DNA of 64,000 bases from Cetorhinus maximus (taxonomy: Eukaryota), in contig NC_135901.1 in NCBI RefSeq assembly GCF_964194155.1, positions 17,360,001-17,424,000 on the forward strand, given 5' to 3'. A program made the position numbers and the translations under genes. Positions 25,666-39,574 of this stretch are shown one piece after another. How positions within the stretch are numbered: position 1 is the first letter of the stretch; the number at the start of each line of letters is the position of its first letter. Under the pieces are notes generated by a model that was not told the origin of the DNA, made no database searches, and saw only the letters and a list, made by a program, of their open reading frames with translations.

Positions 25666-25914
25666 GAGGTGAAGTGAGTTTGGGGACAGATGTGCTCATT
25701 TTAGTAATTGAATGGTCAGTGTGAGATTGTTTTCTAAACAGCAGCACCCCAGAGAATGGGTTCCAGATAATTGTCAGTGCTATTAAAAGATTTGCAAAGA
25801 TATTACATTTGGAATAAATGGAAATAAAGGACTAAAATACTTGCTGGGAATAATTACTTCAGGAAATACATTGCAAACATGAAGAATGATGCATTCCCAA
25901 TCAGATACATAGAC

Positions 25915-26895
25915 ACAAGAACAAAGAAGATAAGTACAGCACAGGAACAGGCCCTTCGGCCCTCCAAGCCTGCGCCGATCATATTGCCTGTCAAACTAAA
26001 ACATTTTGCACTTCCGGGGTCCGTATCCCTCTATTCCCATCCTATTCATGTATTTGTCAAGCTGCCTCTTAAACACCATTATTTTACCTGCTTCCACCAC
26101 CTCCTCTGGCAGCGAATTCCAGACACTCACTACCCTCTGCGTAAAAAACTTGCCCTGCACATCTCCTTTATAGTTTTCTCCTCTCACCTTAAATCTATGC
26201 CCCTAGTAATTGACTCTTCCACCCTGGGAAAAAGCTTCTGACTATCTACTCTGTCCATGCCATTCATAATTTTGTAAACTTCTATCAAGTCGCCCCTCCA
26301 TCTCCGTCGCTCTAGTGAGAACAATCTGAGTTTCTCCAACCTCTCCTCATAGCTAATAACCTCTAGAGCAGGCAGCATCCTGGTAAACTGCCAAGTGTGG
26401 CCTAACCAAGGTTCTACACAGCTGCAGCATGACTTCCCAGCTTTTATACTCAATACCCCTGCTGATGAAGGCAAGCATGCCATGTGCCTTCCTAACTACC
26501 TTATCCACCTGCGTTGCCACTTTCAGTGACCTGTGGACCTGTACACCAAGATCACTCTGCCCGTCGATGCACTTAACTGCCATTTACTGTATAATTCCTA
26601 TCTGTATTAGACCTTCCAAAATGCATTACCTCGCATTTGTCCGGATATAACTCCATCTGCCATTTCTCCGCCCAAGTCTCCAACCGATCTATATCCCGTT
26701 GTATCCTTTGACAATCCTCTTCACTATCTGCAACTCCTCCAACCTTAGTGTCGTCTGCAAACTTACTAATTAGCCCAGTTACATTTTCCTCCAAATCATT
26801 TACGTATACTACAAACAGCAAAGGTCCCAGCACTGATCGCTGTGGAACTCCACTCGTCACAGCTCTCCATTCAGAAAAGCATCCTTCCACTGCTA
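25915..26895 (-). mobile_element. CR1 LINE 3' portion
   Basis: SGVPQRSVLGPLLF, KFADDTK and RVVSVWNSLP motifs. Confidence 0.92.
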
Positions 26896-29090
26896 CCCTC
26901 GAGTGTGTGCGCGCAAACACTCACACACACCATTTTGTGTTGAGCTGGTTTCAGTTGTGCCTGTTAACCAGAAGATAGATTTTTAATTGGATACCATTAG
27001 TATCCTGCAGCAGTCCATTCGACTGAGGAGACAGTTCTAGATTCTGTCTGACACCATCAGTAGGTCAGGGGGAAGCTAAATAGAAAATCCTGCAGGAAAA
27101 ATAATCCTTAACATTAAAAATCAATCTGAGCAATTGACTCAATACTACACCAGTGTGAATTAGTAAACTTTAACACAACAGAGTTTGTCACTAAGTAGTG
27201 TAAAGTACAGTGCACTAATGCTCACCTTTAGTCTTGCCCCTCTATCCCAATCTCTGGGAGATTGTTACTAGATTCACCCCATCCTTTCGACACAAATATT
27301 ACCCACATAACACTGGAGTCATTAGAAATTGATGTGTGCTTCCCACACACTGTCCTTTTAAATATACTTCACTCCTACCAGCCTTTAATGATCAAAAACA
27401 TAACAGGGTTAATAGCTGCTAATAGCTGTCAATGAGATTAAATTTATGCTTGAAATGATTAAATCTTCACATGCAAAATATATTTTGTTTTATTCTTCGA
27501 TGGGACGTGGGTGTCACTGGCAAGGCCAACATTTGTTGCCCAACCTTAACTGTCCTTGAACAGAGTGGCTTCCTCGGTTATTTCAGAGGGCAGTTAAGAG
27601 TTAACCACATTGCTGTGGGTCTGGCCTCACATGTGGGCCGGACCAGGTGAGGATGGCAAATTTCCTTCCATAAAGGACATTAGTGAAGCAGATAGGTTTT
27701 TACAACAAGTAATGATAATTTCATGGACACTATCACTGAGACCAGCTCTCAATTGCAAATTTTGAATATCATCATGAGGTTAGAAGCCTGGTCAATATGC
27801 TCAGGTTCTGAAGGTGAAATCCACAATTTAGAGATCCTGAAATCAGTGTTGTCACTGTAACCAAGCTGCTACTAAAATGTTTAAGGAGCTAAGGTGACAT
27901 TTTACATCAACAGTTTGACCATAACATTGGTTAATACCGTTACTGTTAAACTTCCAGATAATAAAATCACAAACAGCAACTTCAAACGGAAGGAGCAGAA
28001 TAAACGAGATGGAGAGAAACACGAGAGCCCACAGGCGAGTACCACATAGAGCAGGTTCACACACCTGGGGACAGGGTGGGTTGGCGCACCCATGGACGGG
28101 GCGGGCTTGTGGGTCTGGGGGTGGGGTGGCTTGGCGCGGGGTGGCGCGCCCAGGGACAGGGCGGGTTCATACACCCAAGGCTCTGAATGATCAGAATAAT
28201 GAAACCGCCCAGAAAACTACCAATAGGAATCTTCAGCTGAACACATCACTCATTCTTAAAGGGAGAGAAGGGGTCCTGACACTGTGAAGTTAAAGGGGCA
28301 GACACAGCTTCAGCCTTCTCTCTGTTACCTTTCTGATAGTTAAAGACTGGTAGGAGTGAGGTATATTTAAAAGGACAGTGTGTGGGAAGCACACAACAAT
28401 AAAACTGAGAATTCTTGGACATACGCTGCAGGTCATTCTTTATCTGGGAATCAAACTGTTGTATTATTGTCCCAGCAGTTAACAGCCTCCTGTGAACTCC
28501 TCCAGCTTCTAGTTTAATGCAGATTTTAACCCAATAAATTTCAGCATGTTTCGATTCAGCGACTCGGGACCGACACACAAACACGTTGAAACATTTTAGA
28601 CTTATTAAGAACCATTTTCCATCTGGAAACTTAAACCTGCTGTTTCACTTTCAGTCAGGAACATATCACAATTTTACACCAACCTTTGATTTGGCAGCAC
28701 GTTTCCAGCATTCACCGTTGTTCTTCCTGACTCTAAACCCAGTTGTAAAAGAGCCTTCTGTTCTGTGTCAAGGAGCTCTGAACCATGGAAGAGAACAGCT
28801 GAGACACATTTCTTACACACCTCAGGATTCACCCACATTGGGATTGTGCCGTCAGTGAAGAAAGATGAGAAAGACCAAAGTGTTGATTGGGGGTCCCTCA
28901 GCGTGAACCTGATGGACTGTGTCCAGGCTGAAGTTCTGTTCCTACCGTAAGATCCTCCTCCAGATTGTCCTTTCTGTCTCCAGCCAGGCGATGTTAAACA
29001 CTCAGGTGGGGAAAAACAAAAATCTACAAACAAAGCTGATTTATTTCACATTTATTCAGAATATTGAACCTCATCAACAGGTCAGGACAG

Positions 29091-30206
<1,116 letters not shown>

Positions 30207-30799
30207 TTAGTTGAAGCCTTGTCCACAACACATGTACAATTTCTCCCCACTGTGAATGGTGTGATATTTTTTGCAGACTGTGTAACTGCTTAAAGTTTTT
30301 TCCAAAGTCAGTTCACTGGAACACTCTCACTCGGGTGTGTGTGTGTGTTGAGGCTTTTCCAGTCACACCGATGTTTGAAATCCTTTCCCAAAGACAGAAT
30401 AGACAAATATTTCTCCTTCCACATTCAAAAGTTGATGATATTCAGGTCCTGATGAATTCAGTGCCTCTGACAGATCTTGATGTGATGTTTGCTTTGCGTT
30501 TTCTGTCTGCCAGTCATCCCCGTTTAATACCCTGTAAAGCGAGTTTACAAAAGTCATCACTTTAAATCCTGGACAGAAATTCTGAACAGACAATTCTAGT
30601 TTCTATGGAACATCCTTTTTTCTCTTGTTCCCCCAAAGCTGTAAATCCCCGTCCCACACACTCTCCCTCCGCCCTGGGCTGAAATCCAAACCCATCTCAC
30701 CATCTCCACCATTTCTTTCCTCCACTCCCAGTTTTCTCCCTCCCTCTCCTCTGCCTGGGTTCAGTTCTCCAGCTCCTGAGTCCTTGATTCAGGGTCTCA

Positions 30800-31272
30800 G
30801 GCGGGACCCCAGCTGCCGTCGGGCGGGACACAGGAGGGGGGACCCCCCCGAGTGGGTCTTACCCGGACCCTGAGTCCGTCCCCCCAGTTTCTGAGCCCCC
30901 GGGCGGCCCGCGGTCTCCCCGCAGTTACTGAATCTCCCGCTCCGGAGCCTCTTCCCCTGAACCCGGCTCTGTTACCGGGAAGAAGTCCCGGAGCTGCAAA
31001 CACGGGACATGGAGGCCATGATCCGGGATTGCGGCCTACACCGGGTGTTTCTGAAGCCTCTCCCACGACCCGCCGGCTCGATTCACCCGCCGCCTCCAGT
31101 CAGTTTCTGTCTCCCTGCGGCTCCGACATCAGCCCGACCGACCTGACCCAACACCCGCACTGCGCATGCTCCAGTCAGAACGGCACTGCGCCTGCGCAAC
31201 AATCACCTGTTGTGCAGATAGGGCACATTCTGCCTCTCCGTGAATGCTGGGTAACCCGCACCGCCATTGACA
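30800..31272 (-). promoter_or_regulatory. CpG island with ZNF promoter cassette copy 4 (31158-31271) and first exon of ZNF-E
   Basis: Reverse complement reads CAATGGCGG-TTACCCAGCATTC-GAATGTGCCC-TGCGCAGGCGCA-GAGCATGCGCA, with donor CGG|gtaaga near 30862. Confidence 0.72.
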
Positions 31273-31369
31273 ACCTGTTTCATCGAATACAACATCATCT
31301 TTTGTGGTCCGATTACGATTTGAACCCTGGATATAAAATGGTTAAGTCAGTTGACACAGCATCTATGGT

Positions 31370-31760
31370 TCTATACTGGATTTGATTAACAGCAGGAAAA
31401 AACCCTCAATGTCAAATGTGAACTCACTGGATTCTTAGCAGGCGGTGTGAACGAATGTGTCTTTTCTCGCAAACAGAACATTTAAACAGCTCCTCATCAC
31501 AAATTGATTGTATATCAATTGCTTTGAACTTTTAAAGCTGAAGTGTTAACTAGTGGAAATACTGAATAGATCCCTCTGCGCATATAAAGTATCTGAATGG
31601 TCTCCCTCTGACGTGACTGTGTTCTTGTGTCAGTAAATGGGATGACCAAGTGAATACCTGTCTACATACAGCTGGTGGACGGTGTTTTTGTGGTGTGATT
31701 GTACCGATGAGTTCCCAGCTCAGACATGCTTCGCAAACTCTTAATATAACGATTTCCATA
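31370..31760 (-). pseudogene. Decayed ZNF finger-exon relic upstream of the ZNF-E promoter
   Basis: VCRQVFTWSSHLLTQEHSHVRGRPFRYFIC remnants followed by the family 3' tail. Confidence 0.6.
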
Positions 31761-31869
31761 TTCTTACATTCCCCTGGTCAAAGAAAAGCAAAAATACTGT
31801 GGATGCTGAAAATATGCAATAAAAATAGAAAATATTGGAAATACTCTGATATTGAGCAACTTCCAGATC

Positions 31870-34180
31870 AGAATTGACTTGATATGATGTGTTGCAGCCG
31901 TAGCATTTGGAAATTGGTAGGCACGAATGTGATCCACAGCAACCACAGCTGCAGTAAGTGCAGTTCATGGAACTTCAGTTCAGAGTTGTTAAGCTGGAGC
32001 CTGAACTTTGGACAATGGGGAGAAAGTTGCCTGGACAATTTGATTCAGCAAGCAGCCACTCGCCTTAAGTTACATAATATCAGATTTAGTCTGTGGTCAG
32101 GCGTGGGAGGGTGTGACTACTGGTGATACAGGTATGGGTATCAAGAAGGTAGCAACGGAAGCGCATTAGCCTTTGCACTTGTCCAATAAATTCAAAGTTC
32201 TTGGAGCCATGAGGACAGCAGCTTGATGTATGAGCAAAGTGACCATGGTACCGAGTTACAGGGGACCATTCAAGTTGGGGGTGGGGGGTGGCGGGGAGAA
32301 CAAAATGTAGGAATAGTCGGGGACAGTAGCCAAGTGTGTGAGTCCCGAAAGCTGTGCAGCCTGCTCAGTAATGGATTTAAGGACATCACCTTGGGCTGGA
32401 GAATAACGTGGAGAGGGAGGAAGAGGGCCCAGTTATCGTGGTTCATGTAGGTACCAGCTACATATGTATTATCGTGTAAGAGGTTCTGCTCAGGGAGCAT
32501 GAGCAGCTAGGGCCTAAATTAAAAAGCAAAAACAAAAGTAATAACCTCTAGATTACTCACTCATACATCAGTAAATTGGCATAGAGTAGACAAGATCAAA
32601 ATGTTGAATGTGTGGTTCAACATCTGGTGTCACAAGGGTCATTTGGAAGAACTCCTTCAGACTTTTATAAAACTGGATTGCCTGGGCGGTTATGTTATTA
32701 GGCTAGCAATCCAGAGGCCTGGATGTGTGTTTGGATCTTTAAATGGCATGAGGGAATTTAAATTCAGTTCATTAAATAAATCTGGAATTGAAAGCTAGTC
32801 TCAGTGACAGTGACCATGAGACTATCTGATTGTTGTAAAAACCCATCTGGGTCACTAATGTCCTTTAGGGAAGGAAATCTGCCAACCTTACCTGGTCTGG
32901 CCCACGTGTGACTCCAGGCCCCAACAATATGGTTGACTCCTAACTGCCCTCTGAAATGGCCTAGCAAGCCTCTCAGTTATACTCAAGGCAGCAGCTCGCC
33001 ACCACTTTCTCAAGGAGCAATTTAGGGAAGGGCATTAAATCCTAACTTTGCCAGCGGTGCCCAAGTCCCTTGAATGAGAATAAAAGCTTGGAGGCGATCA
33101 ATCTCTCATCAGATATTCAACTAGGGAAGACTGCATTATACTACTGAAACTGGGGCAGGTCTTGGGGAATAGCAGAAATATATATATTCTGCTATATCCG
33201 GCACTGTATCAGTCTCGGGAGTATCGGAATAGTTTCACAATGCATTCTCTAAATTTGCCTCTGACGCCAAATTGGCAGGGGGTGCTGGGGGAAAGAGTGA
33301 GGAGGTCTGCAACAAATTACAGGAGGACAGCAACAAACTTGCAGGATGGGAAAATAATTGGCAAATAAAGTTCAGCACAGATAAATGTGAGGTAATTCAT
33401 TTCAGTGGGAAGAACAGAGAGGTCACGAATTACTTGGAAGATGGTAGTCTAGGTGTAGTAGAGGAACAAAGGGGTCTCGGTTACGAATACGTCAATCATT
33501 GAAAACCGTGCCACAGGTTAGCGAAGCCGTAGAAATAAGCAAACAAACACCAGGCTTTATCTCTAGAGGGCTAGAATTGAAAAGTAGGGAAGTTCTGCTC
33601 AACCAGCACCAAACCGAGATTAGACCAGACTTACGGTACTGTGTGCAGAACTGTTCACCATATTATAAAAAGGATACAGGGGCACTGGAGAGGGCGCAGG
33701 GAAGATTTACAAGGGTGATCCCAGAAATGCGTGGGTATATATATCAGGCAGGGGTTGGCAGGCTGGGTCTCTTTTGGAAAAATTGGAAGGCTGAGGGGTG
33801 ACCTAGTAGAAGTCTTTAAAATGATGAAAGGTTTCGATAAGAGTGGATACAGAGAGAACGTTTCCTCTTGTGGGGAAGTGCAGAACCAGAGGCTGTCAAT
33901 ATAAGACAGTCACCAAGAAATCCAATGGGAAATTCAGGAGAAACTCCTTTACCCAGAGAGTGGGAGAGAATGTGGAACTCATTCCCACAGGGAGTGGTTG
34001 AGGTGAATAGTGTAGATGTATTTAAGGGGGAAGCTGGATGAACACATGAGGGAGAACGGAATAGAGGGGTTACAATGAGAGATTTGGATGAGGAATATCG
34101 GAGGAGGTTCGAGTCGAGCATAAACAGCAGCATGGGCTGGTTGGGCCGACTGGTCTGTTTCTGTGCTGTATAATCCTGTG
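31870..34180 (+). mobile_element. Fragmented CR1 LINE (ORF1 Zn-knuckle/esterase, ORF2 3' part) with a nested SINE
   Basis: MCCSRSIWKLV...CSKC, IVGDS and VVHVGT in ORF1; KCEVIHF and LERAQGRFTRVIP in ORF2. Confidence 0.8.
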
Positions 34181-34859
34181 TAGTTTCCGATCAGTGTCTC
34201 AGTTCCTTCTGCTAACATCCTTCATGCCAAAAACCAACACATTTGTAAGAGTAGGCAGAGATTTAAACAGTAGTGAATAAAAGTGGGGCTCATGAAATAA
34301 TTCAGGAGCCACCTGCGAGCTTTCCTCATCACCGTCACATACACGGGTGGGCAGTTTAAACCCACAACACTACACCAGCACTCTACTCGCGGTCTCAAAT
34401 TTCTAGAACACAGCCAGGACAGTTTTTCTAGAACAGTATATTTTCAAACTGGCTCGGGAACAGGCCAGGCGAGAGTTAGAGAGGAGGGACAACCGGGGCG
34501 TTGGGGGTGGGGGGGTGTTTGTTAATCATCCAACAGTCAATGACTGCATTGCAAAGGGTGACCACAATACCACTGAATTTGAGCTCCGGTTTGGGAGGGA
34601 GTCAGCGGCTGTATTTTGGTTGAGAGAATGATGAAAGTAAATATAAGTTACAATGGTACGATTTTTAAACGGGGGATTCCCTTCCTATTTACTTCCTAAA
34701 TAATGAATTATTTAATGAGCCCCGTTTTTATTCACTGTTTAAAGGTCTGCCTGCTATTACAAATCTGTCGGTTTTTCGCATGAGGGGTGTTAGCAGAAGG
34801 AACTGGGGCACTTGTCGGAAACCACACAGGATATAGGGCACAGAAACAGGCCATTCGGC

Positions 34860-35600
34860 AGCACAGGGAGAGGCCATTCAGCTCCTCGGGCCTGCCCCCC
34901 TCCCCCATTCCCCATTCATTAGGATGGCGGCTGATCTTCTGCCTCGACTCCACCTTCCTGCCCTATCCCTTCGCGCCCAAAATCCTATCAGTCTCAGACT
35001 TGAATAGACTTAGTGACGGAGCATCCACAGCTCTCGGGGAGGGGTGGGGGGGGGGTTAGAATTCCAAAGATTCACAACCCTCCGAGTGAAGGAATTTCCC
35101 CTCATCTCAGTCCAAAATCGACGACCCCTCACCCTGAGAATGTGACGCTCCCGCCGCCCCCCATTCTAGACTTTACAGCCGCAGGAGGGAAACAGTCTGT
35201 CGGCTCCGACCCCGTCAAACCCTCGAAGAATGTTCAAAGTTTCAATCAGATCACCTCCCATTCTTCCAAACTCCAGCGGTAACAGGCTCCCCTACTTCAA
35301 TCTCACCTCGTAGGTCCGCCCTCTCGTAGGGATTCACGGAATGAGTAAGGAGGCCATTCTGCGCTTCACCCCCATGCCAGCATCCCAGGGATCAGTCTCT
35401 TGAACCCTCACTGCATCCCCACCAAAGGCAAGTCTCCTTAGCTAAGGAGACTGAAACTTGTGCACATGTGCTCCAGGCGTGGTCTCGCCAAGGCCTTGTA
35501 TAATGGGGGCAAAACTTCCTTACTCTTAAAACAGCACCTCCCTCGCAAGGGGAGAGCCGACATGCCATTCGCCGCCCTTTATTGCTTGCTGCCGCCAGCG
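34860..35600 (-). mobile_element. CR1 LINE 3' fragment, CpG-rich
   Basis: Homologous to the other CR1 3' ends (GAATTCCAAAGATTCACAACCCTC...CTCATCTCAGTCC). Confidence 0.7.
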
Positions 35601-36299
35601 GGGCAGCTTGCAGCGTTTCGGGTGTGGGGCACCCAAATCCTCCCACGCGTCAACATTGGCCAGGGCTCCGCAAGGTGGCTGAAGGGTGCAACGCCAAAGC
35701 AATTCGCTCCGGGGCGTCGCCCTGGCTCCGTTTGAGCGAGGGGCACTCGGCGAATCCCAAGTGAAATTGGCGCCGTTCTCCCTTTTGCCCACATGCAATG
35801 ATGATGGTGTGATGATGATAATGATGGTGTGTGTGTGCACGTAATTCCTGCCATTTCGTCTTACCTGGACCTTTGGTGCTCTGAGACCCTTTACTGCCTT
35901 ATTTCAACTCTTCAGCCTGCCACTGGTCACTTGCCTACCTCCAACCTGATACGCTTCACTGACTTGCTCTAGGACTATGTCGCAACCTCTCCTATCTCTT
36001 AAAGCCTATCTTCCCTCTTAAGAGGGAAACTTTTCATTTAAGTCCAACAGTTCTGACATGCAGTCAGAGCCACATTAGTTGGCCAATGTTTGGGCGACCT
36101 TTGACCCTGCCTAAACTGGCATCCCAATGAGGTCCTGGCTGCCTTTTATTTCACTTTTTAAAACAAAGGGGAGCCTCTCCTGTTTAGAGTAACCTTATTT
36201 CAAAAACAGTGTTCCCTCTTATAATGTTTTATTTCTACTTTATTCCATGACCAGCCCCTCCACCTCACATCCTCAAATGGTGTCGCTTCCCCCTCCATC

Positions 36300-36520
36300 C
36301 AACGGCTTAAATATCGGGGCGGCCGCAGGGAGGGGGCAGGGACAGCCATCGCCACGCCCCCGCGTCCAATCACGGCGGGCGCTTCTGCATCGCCCATCGC
36401 GCGGCGGCGGCCCGCCGTCCAATCAGCTCCCCACCACCTCCAGACCCCGCGCGGGCGGCGGGCGGCGGGCGGCTCGAGCTTTCCCGCCAACGGTCGGAAT
36501 TCAAAATGAGGACCACGTGG
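36300..36520. promoter_or_regulatory. CpG-island promoter with Sp/KLF, two CCAAT, E2F, Myb and CHR-like sites
   Basis: GCCACGCCCCC, GTCCAATCA twice, TTTCCCGC, CAACGGTC, ATTCAAA, and TATTTAA on the minus strand at ~36307-36313. Confidence 0.75.
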
Positions 36521-36579
36521 TTGGGGTGGTTATTCGGCCCCTCCAGCCATTACAAGCCCCTTTCCCCAAAAATGCGTCG

Positions 36580-38640
36580 CAAAAAGGCATTAACATGTTG
36601 AAGGATATGGGGACCTATCTTCTCAAAAGACATGAAGATGAAGACATTAAGATGACTGAAAAAGAGAACATCTTAAAAGGCATTCGCAAAAGGAGAGCAC
36701 ATCTTCTTAAAAGGCCATGAGATGACTAAAAAGGACATATTTTCTCAAACGGCATTAAGATGATTGATAAATAGAACACATCTTCCCAAATGACTGGAAA
36801 AGAGGACAAATGTTCTAAAATGCATTAAGATACAGAACATGTCTTCTCAGAAGGCATTAAGATGACTGAAAAAGAGAACATAACTTCTTAAATGCATTAA
36901 GATAACCAAAATGAGGACATAAACAAACATATGAACTAGGAGAAGGAGTAGGCCAAAAGACCCTTCGAGTCTGCTCCGCCATTCAATAAAATCATGGCTG
37001 ATCTGATTGCAACCTCCTCCTACCCCTGATAACCTGTCACCCCCTTGTCAATCAAGAATCTATGTAGCTCTGCCTTAAAAAGATTAAAAGACCTTGCTTC
37101 CACCGCCTTTCAAATAAGAGAGTTTCATGACCCACCACCCTCCGAGAGAAAAATTTTCTCCTCATCTCTGTCTTAAATGAGTGACCCCTTATTTTTAAAT
37201 AGTGACCCCTAGTCTAGATTCTCCCACAAGAGAAAACAGCCTCTCCACATCCACTCACCCCTCAGGATCATAAATGTTTCGATCAAGTCACCTATTACTC
37301 TTCTAAACTCCAGCGGATACAAACCTAACCTATCCAATGTTTCCTCATAAGACACCCACCCATTCCTGGTATTAGTCTAGTAAACCTTCACTGAGCTGCT
37401 TCCAACGCACTTACAACCTTCCCTAAATAAGGTGACCAATACTGTACACAGTTCTCCAGGTGTGGTCTCACCAGTGCCTTGTACAACTGAAGCATAACCT
37501 CCCTACTTTTGTATTCAATTCACCTCGCATAAACTATTACATTCTATTAGCTTTCCTAATTACTGCATACTAACCTTTTGTGATTCATGCACTAGGACAC
37601 CCAGATCATCCAGAATCTTAGATCTCTTCAATCTCTCACCATTTAGATAATATGCTTCTTTTTTATTCTTCCTGCCAAAATGGACAATTTCACATTTGCC
37701 CACATTGTACTCCATTTGCCTGGTCTTTGTCCACTCACTTAACCTATCTATGTCTACCTCTTTATGTCCTCTTCACAGCTTACTTTCCTACCTATCTTTG
37801 TGTCGGCAGCAAATATAGCCACCAAACCATCTGCCCCTTCATCCAAGTCATTTACATAAATTGTAAATAGTTGAGGTCCCAGCATTGATCCTTGCGGTAC
37901 ACCACTCGTCACATCCTGCCAACCAGAGAAAGATCCATTTATGGCTACCCTCTGTTTCCTGTTAGCCAGCCAATCTTCTATCCATGCCAATACATCCCTA
38001 CACCTATGAGCTTTTATTTTCCACAATAGCGTTTGTGTGGCACTTTATCAAATGCCATCTGAAAATCTAAGTACAGTACATCTACTGGTTCCCCTTTATC
38101 CATAGCACATGTGGCTCCTTCAAAGAACGCCAATAAATTGGTTAAACATGATTCCCCTTTCAAAACACCATGTTGACTCTGCCTGATTGCTTTGAGTTTT
38201 TCTAAATGCCTTGCTATAACATCTTTAATAATAGCTTCTAACATTTTCCCTATGACAGATGTTAAGCTAACGAGCCTGTAGTTTCCTGCTTCCTGTCTCC
38301 CTCCCTTTTTGAATAAAGGAATCACATTTGCTATATGCCTATCTAATGGAACCTTCCCAAAATCTGGAGAATTTTGAAAAGCTTCTTAAAAGGCATTAAG
38401 ATGATCAAATATCTCCTCAAATGCATGGAGGCGGCATATTATAAGGCATTAAGATGACTGAAAAAGAGAGCATTTCTCAAAAGGCATTAAGATAATTGAA
38501 CAAAGGAAAATATCTTCTTTAAAAGGCATTAAGATACGGAAAAAGGGAAAATATCTTCTTAAGAAGCATTAAGAGGATTGAAAAAGAGGACATATTTCCT
38601 TAAAAGGCATTAAGATGGCTAAAAAAGAACATAACCTCAT
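36580..38640 (+). repeat. ~38-40-bp degenerate tandem repeat (36580-36920 and 38380-38640) split by a CR1 insertion
   Basis: Recurring unit AAAAGGCATTAAGATGACTGAAAAAGAGAACATCTTCT. Confidence 0.8.
36925..38375 (-). mobile_element. CR1 LINE (RT domain to 3' end)
   Basis: GNYRLVSLTSVIGKMLE, YLDFQMAFDKVPH, SGVPQGSMLGP and FAADTK motifs. Confidence 0.92.
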
Positions 38641-39199
38641 CTAATTGCTGAAAAATTGGGAGGAAATATCGAAGGCAAGTTAATCAACGGTCAACGCCAG
38701 AATGGTTGATCAAGGCCAAATAATTACCTCCATGTCCAAACAAGAGTTGTCAACACAGGCCATCAAGAGTCACTAAACTTTCTTGAAGTGCAACCACCCA
38801 CTAAAAACTTAAATGTAGCCCAAAGAGTTTCAGGGGAGATGACGGTGTAGTGGTACTGTCACTGGGCTAGTAATCCAGCGGTCCAGGCTAATGCTCAGGG
38901 GACACGAGTTCCGATCAAGAAGATTTAGCAGAAGCAACATATATTCAGAAACAGGAACCTGTCCTCTGTAGGCAAAAGGAACATGTCCAGGCATTGCGCC
39001 TTTTTTTGAATTAAACAAAAGCCTGGGGGCGAAACAGTTCCCTTGGTGCATTGTCCAAAGTAACACCTTGACCAATCTGCTAAGTGCAAGACAAAAATAT
39101 TCGCAGCATGTCTCCTCAGCAATAAACAACTCATCTATTCTAAACAATTTGGTAGATATGATGCCTTTATAAAGCACCTTTCATGACATGCCAAAGTAC

Positions 39200-39545
39200 T
39201 TTACAAGTCATTGAAGTACTTTTGAAGTGTAAGCACTGTGGCATTGTAGGGTTACCAACGCGATTGCTTGCTTTTTTGAATGTCATTGAACAAGAGATAA
39301 ATGCTCATGGCACAGTAAGGAGAATTCCCCTGCACTTCTTCGGAATAGTACCCTTGCGATCCTTTACATCCACCCGAGAGGGCAGATGGGGGGCCCTCAG
39401 TTGAAAGCCTCATGCGACAGTTCAACATTCCCTCAGTACTGCATCAGGAGTGTCAGCTCTGCTTGTTGGCTCGAGTCACTGGACTGGGCCTTGAATCCAC
39501 AACCTCTGACCCTGCGGCCAGGCTGCTAGCCAACAAGCCATGCTG
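39200..39545 (-). mobile_element. Deu-domain-type (SacSINE1-like) SINE
   Basis: Reverse complement has a tRNA-like head and the GCAGTACTGAGGGAA core shared with 52150-53310. Confidence 0.6.
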
Positions 39546-39574
39546 GGTATACAGTCAGGCTTTGTATTCAAAAA

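Noticed and set aside
30797-31385. Pro/Gly/Arg-rich ORFs on both strands
   Set aside because: CpG-island artefacts over the ZNF-E promoter; the same applies to 2452-3333 and 11852-12426.
36247-36720. 157-aa ORF
   Set aside because: By-product of a GC-rich island plus tandem repeat, with no recognisable protein.
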